A stretch of DNA of 62,576 nucleotides, the filler included, from Rhabdomonas costata (lineage: Eukaryota), in the NCBI GenBank assembly GCA_019059605.1. It is 42 parts of 42 records of this genome, joined end to end, with 100 filler letters (N's around TTAATTAATTAA, not from the genome) between each part and the next. Parts side by side here need not be neighbours in the genome. Positions count along the whole stretch, not along the records: positions 59,692 to 61,084 come from JAHMHO010017284.1; positions 61,185 to 62,576 come from JAHMHO010017285.1; 40 more parts are not named here. One strand, written 5' to 3'. The position numbers and the translations under genes are program-made. This document shows positions 60,036 to 62,576 of the stretch, one piece after another. The notes beneath the pieces are model-generated. The model was not told the origin of the DNA and did not search any database. It saw only the letters and a list, made by a program, of their open reading frames with translations. Within the stretch, counting starts at the first letter, position 1, and every line of letters starts with the position of its first letter.

Positions 60036-61184
60036 CTGTAAACCGTTTTGCTGTATTTTCATTATTTCTGCTTTTGTCCCCCTTCCGTTGGTTCTCCCCA
60101 CCCAGTACCCTGTACTCTTTGAGTACTCTCTTCTTTTTCTGTTTGTTGTCAAATATTCCGCTTTTTTTAGAAGCGGCATGTGTGCAACCGCTTCTGCTCA
60201 CTCCTCCTCAAGAATACGTCCTGTCTGCTGCCACAGAGCTTGCCTGGAGCGCCGCAAGCTGAAAGCTGCTCAGGCGACTGTGCGTGTCCGAGACCGCTCT
60301 CCCAAGATGCCTCCAAGGACCGGGGCTTCCGCGGCAGTGCAGGTGGACCTCTCCTCGTCGTTGTCCACCCCCACACCCGGACACTTCCCCCCTGCACCGC
60401 TGTGCTGGGTGGGACCCAGCCCAGGGACGGGGGTGGTGTCCTCGGTCGTGGGGTCACCTGTTTTCCCCGGCAGCTTGTCATGGAACACTGGGGGTCCAAT
60501 CCCTGTGGCTCAGAGCCTTGTGCCTGGGTTTGCGGCATTCCCGGTAGTGACCCCCCTCCTCCTGCTCCTCTCCTGGTTGCAATCGTTGATCATTCACGCT
60601 CACCAGGTGCAGCAAAGTGCCAGTTGCAACGGTCAGCTCAAGGTCTTGAGGGACGTTCTTCCGGTGATTAGCGTCCAGTTCCAAGTGATGGGGAAGGGCA
60701 ATGGTCATATTTTGTGCAGAGGTTATAGCTGAGCTGCGAGAGTACGCTCTGTCTGCTGAAGTGCAATCTGCAGTCAGGTGCAGCCGACATCCAATCATTC
60801 CCTCTTCCAGCGTAATGCTAATTCATCCTCGCGGACGCACTGAGGCGCACAGCGGAGAAGACTATCGGTGGACCCCTGCCAATGCCAATATGCAATGCAG
60901 GGGTGACGGAAGAGGCAATGAAAGCAAAGAGAGGAGGGGGTAAGAGGGTGAGAGTTTTAGAGCGGAGAACGTATGGAGAAAGAGGCAGCCAGAATGGCAC
61001 TGGCCGAAAATTTTAAGATGTAGAATACCCCTCCCAAAAGTCAACCGCAAACTCGTCCAAAGTCGCTCGCGAACCAACACCACANNNNNNNNNNNNNNNN
61101 NNNNNNNNNNNNNNNNNNNNNNNNNNNNTTAATTAATTAANNNNNNNNNNNNNNNNNNNNNNNNNNNNNNNNNNNNNNNNNNNN

Positions 61185-62576
61185 CCCCTCCTGGGGCATC
61201 TTCCTCCCCTTCGTCCCCTTCCTCTGCCCCATTTGTCGGGCCCTCGGCTATCTTGCTGCCCCACGAACAGCCGCTCTCGCCTGGGGTGAAGATTACCAGC
61301 CTGCCCAACGGCACAGGATTTAGCTTTACTTACTACTCCTGGTTCAAGGTTGACCGCGAGGAGTCTGACTTGTATGCTTGCGCTGTTGGTTCTTTGCTGC
61401 CTGGATTGCAGAGAAAAGGTGACACTTCCGAGAAAACTGTCATTCTCCACTTATTGTAAATACGAACATGTGTGAATGTGCACGTTTTTAGTGGGTTTCG
61501 CTGCTTGCGCTTGGCCGCTAACCCTGTTGAGTGTTTCAATGGTCGCCCTTGGTAATGGGTTTCCTCCCCGATGGTGGTTCCTGCCCAAAGCGCAACCATG
61601 GATCATCAGTGTGTGTTTATTTACAGGCGGTATCTTTTCCACCGGGGTACGACGGAAAAGATTCGTCTGCCGTCGCTTGCAATATACCCCAGTCAACTGA
61701 AGTTTGCGATGAAGCTTGATACCGAGAGCTCGCCGAACTTCGGGGTAGATTCCTCGTGGGAGTTCCCCGTACAGCGCTGGTTCCACCTGGCCTGGGTTCA
61801 AAGCGAGGTGGAGGTGTCGCTTTACGTCAATGCCGAGCGAATCCACACCTTTGGCCTTCCCACTCCAATGAGGAACCCTGACGGGCAGCCGCTTTGGGTG
61901 TCCGCTCCATGGTCAAAGACGACCGGAATACTTCTCCGAGACTTCGGTTTCGCCACCTCCGCCCTATCCGTCCAGGAGCTCTCTCAGACTATGGGGATGT
62001 CGTCCGTGCTGTATGTGGATGAGGAGGAGAATGTGGTGAAGGGCAAGCGTGTTTTTTCCATGGGCCTGCCCTACCTGGACAGTGGCTACACTTATTACGG
62101 ATGGGTTCGAGTTGACCACCAGGACGGTGTAGTGCGGAATATCTTTCACCGTGGAGAGGAGAAAACTCACCGGCCCTCCGTAAATGTCAAAGCTGGGTCC
62201 CCGATAAAGCTTCAGTTGCAGATCAGCACGGCTGAGGATCCTAACTTCGGGTCAGAGCTTCCCTGGGAAGTTCCCCCTGGGAAGTGGTTTCATTTTGTTT
62301 GGGCTCAGAATGCGCAGACCACTTTGTTCTACATTAACGGCAGGAAGGTACACAACATGACCGCGCCGAAGCCCCTGCTGAGCCCCAATGGCCAACCTCT
62401 GTACATCGGAGCGCCCTGGGCCGGGGATTCGGGGATGCACCTCCGAGAGGTCGGGCTGGCCAACTTTGAAATGCAGCCCGCAGAGTGTGCTGCACAGGCC
62501 CGAGACTTTCGGAAGCGTGTGTTGCTATTGACGCAGGAGCAGGCAGTTCAGAAAGGGCAAAACTTCACCAACAACC
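61185..62576 (+). CDS. Tandem LamG-like jellyroll (concanavalin A-like) domain protein, partial
   Basis: Exon 61185-61371 joins exon 61627-62576, which is open to the window end and so absent from the ORF track. The repeated unit is TYYxWxxVD..RxxFHRG..PS..PNFG...W..P..WFHxxWxQ....YxN...GQPLxxxAPW. Two full copies and the start of a possible third are visible. Confidence 0.85.

Larger units (their letters stand above)
1395..61184. other. 41 artificial 100-nt contig-joining linkers (N44 + TTAATTAATTAA + N44); first 1395-1494, last 61085-61184
   Basis: An identical linker recurs about every 1.49 kb. TTAATTAATTAA places stops in all six frames. The contigs between linkers are all about 1.38-1.40 kb, consistent with a length-sorted concatenation. 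Confidence 0.98.

Noticed and set aside
59779-60262. ORFs with ITITIT / MVMVMV repeats
   Set aside because: They are translations of the GGTTAT microsatellite.
1395-61184. Regularly spaced identical TTAATTAATTAA elements resembling a repeat array or CRISPR
   Set aside because: They are embedded in N runs of fixed length and are an artificial six-frame-stop linker. ORFs ending in XXXLIN are artefacts.
1-62576. rRNA, tRNA, spliced-leader RNA genes and CRISPR arrays
   Set aside because: I recognised none by eye. A covariance-model search would be needed to exclude small RNAs.

Overview
This window is not contiguous genome. It is 42 unrelated contigs of about 1.39 kb, joined by 41 artificial 100-nt linkers (N44-TTAATTAATTAA-N44, stop codons in all six frames), so adjacency across linkers has no meaning. 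Most contigs start with G/T-only and end with A/C-only tracts, several end in fold-backs, and two carry repeats of exactly 127 nt. This points to whole-genome-amplified DNA assembled with k=127 (inference). Most contigs come from an intron-rich flagellated eukaryote, probably a euglenozoan (euglenid-like): the AMPK-beta and XPC motifs are kinetoplastid-like and the splice donors follow GT-N-Y-G. Manual splicing recovers fragments of MOB4/phocein, a class III nucleotide cyclase, XPC/Rad4, AMPK beta, an NTF2/G3BP-like protein, an acylated kinase, CFAP100, an AlkD-like enzyme, a LYR protein, PIG-L and a tandem LamG protein. It also recovers an internally deleted Merlin (ISXO2-like) transposon and retroelement relics. 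Top leads are (1) a stop-free, intronless, in-frame tandem GDA1/CD39 apyrase with a 1266-bp/422-aa unit, suggesting a multi-domain or polyprotein NTPDase; (2) an intronless divergent SelO-like ORF; and (3) an AT-rich bacterial-type contig encoding a NACHT C-terminal region fused to a Legionellales-effector-like domain. All family calls are by-eye motif recognition; no database search was run.
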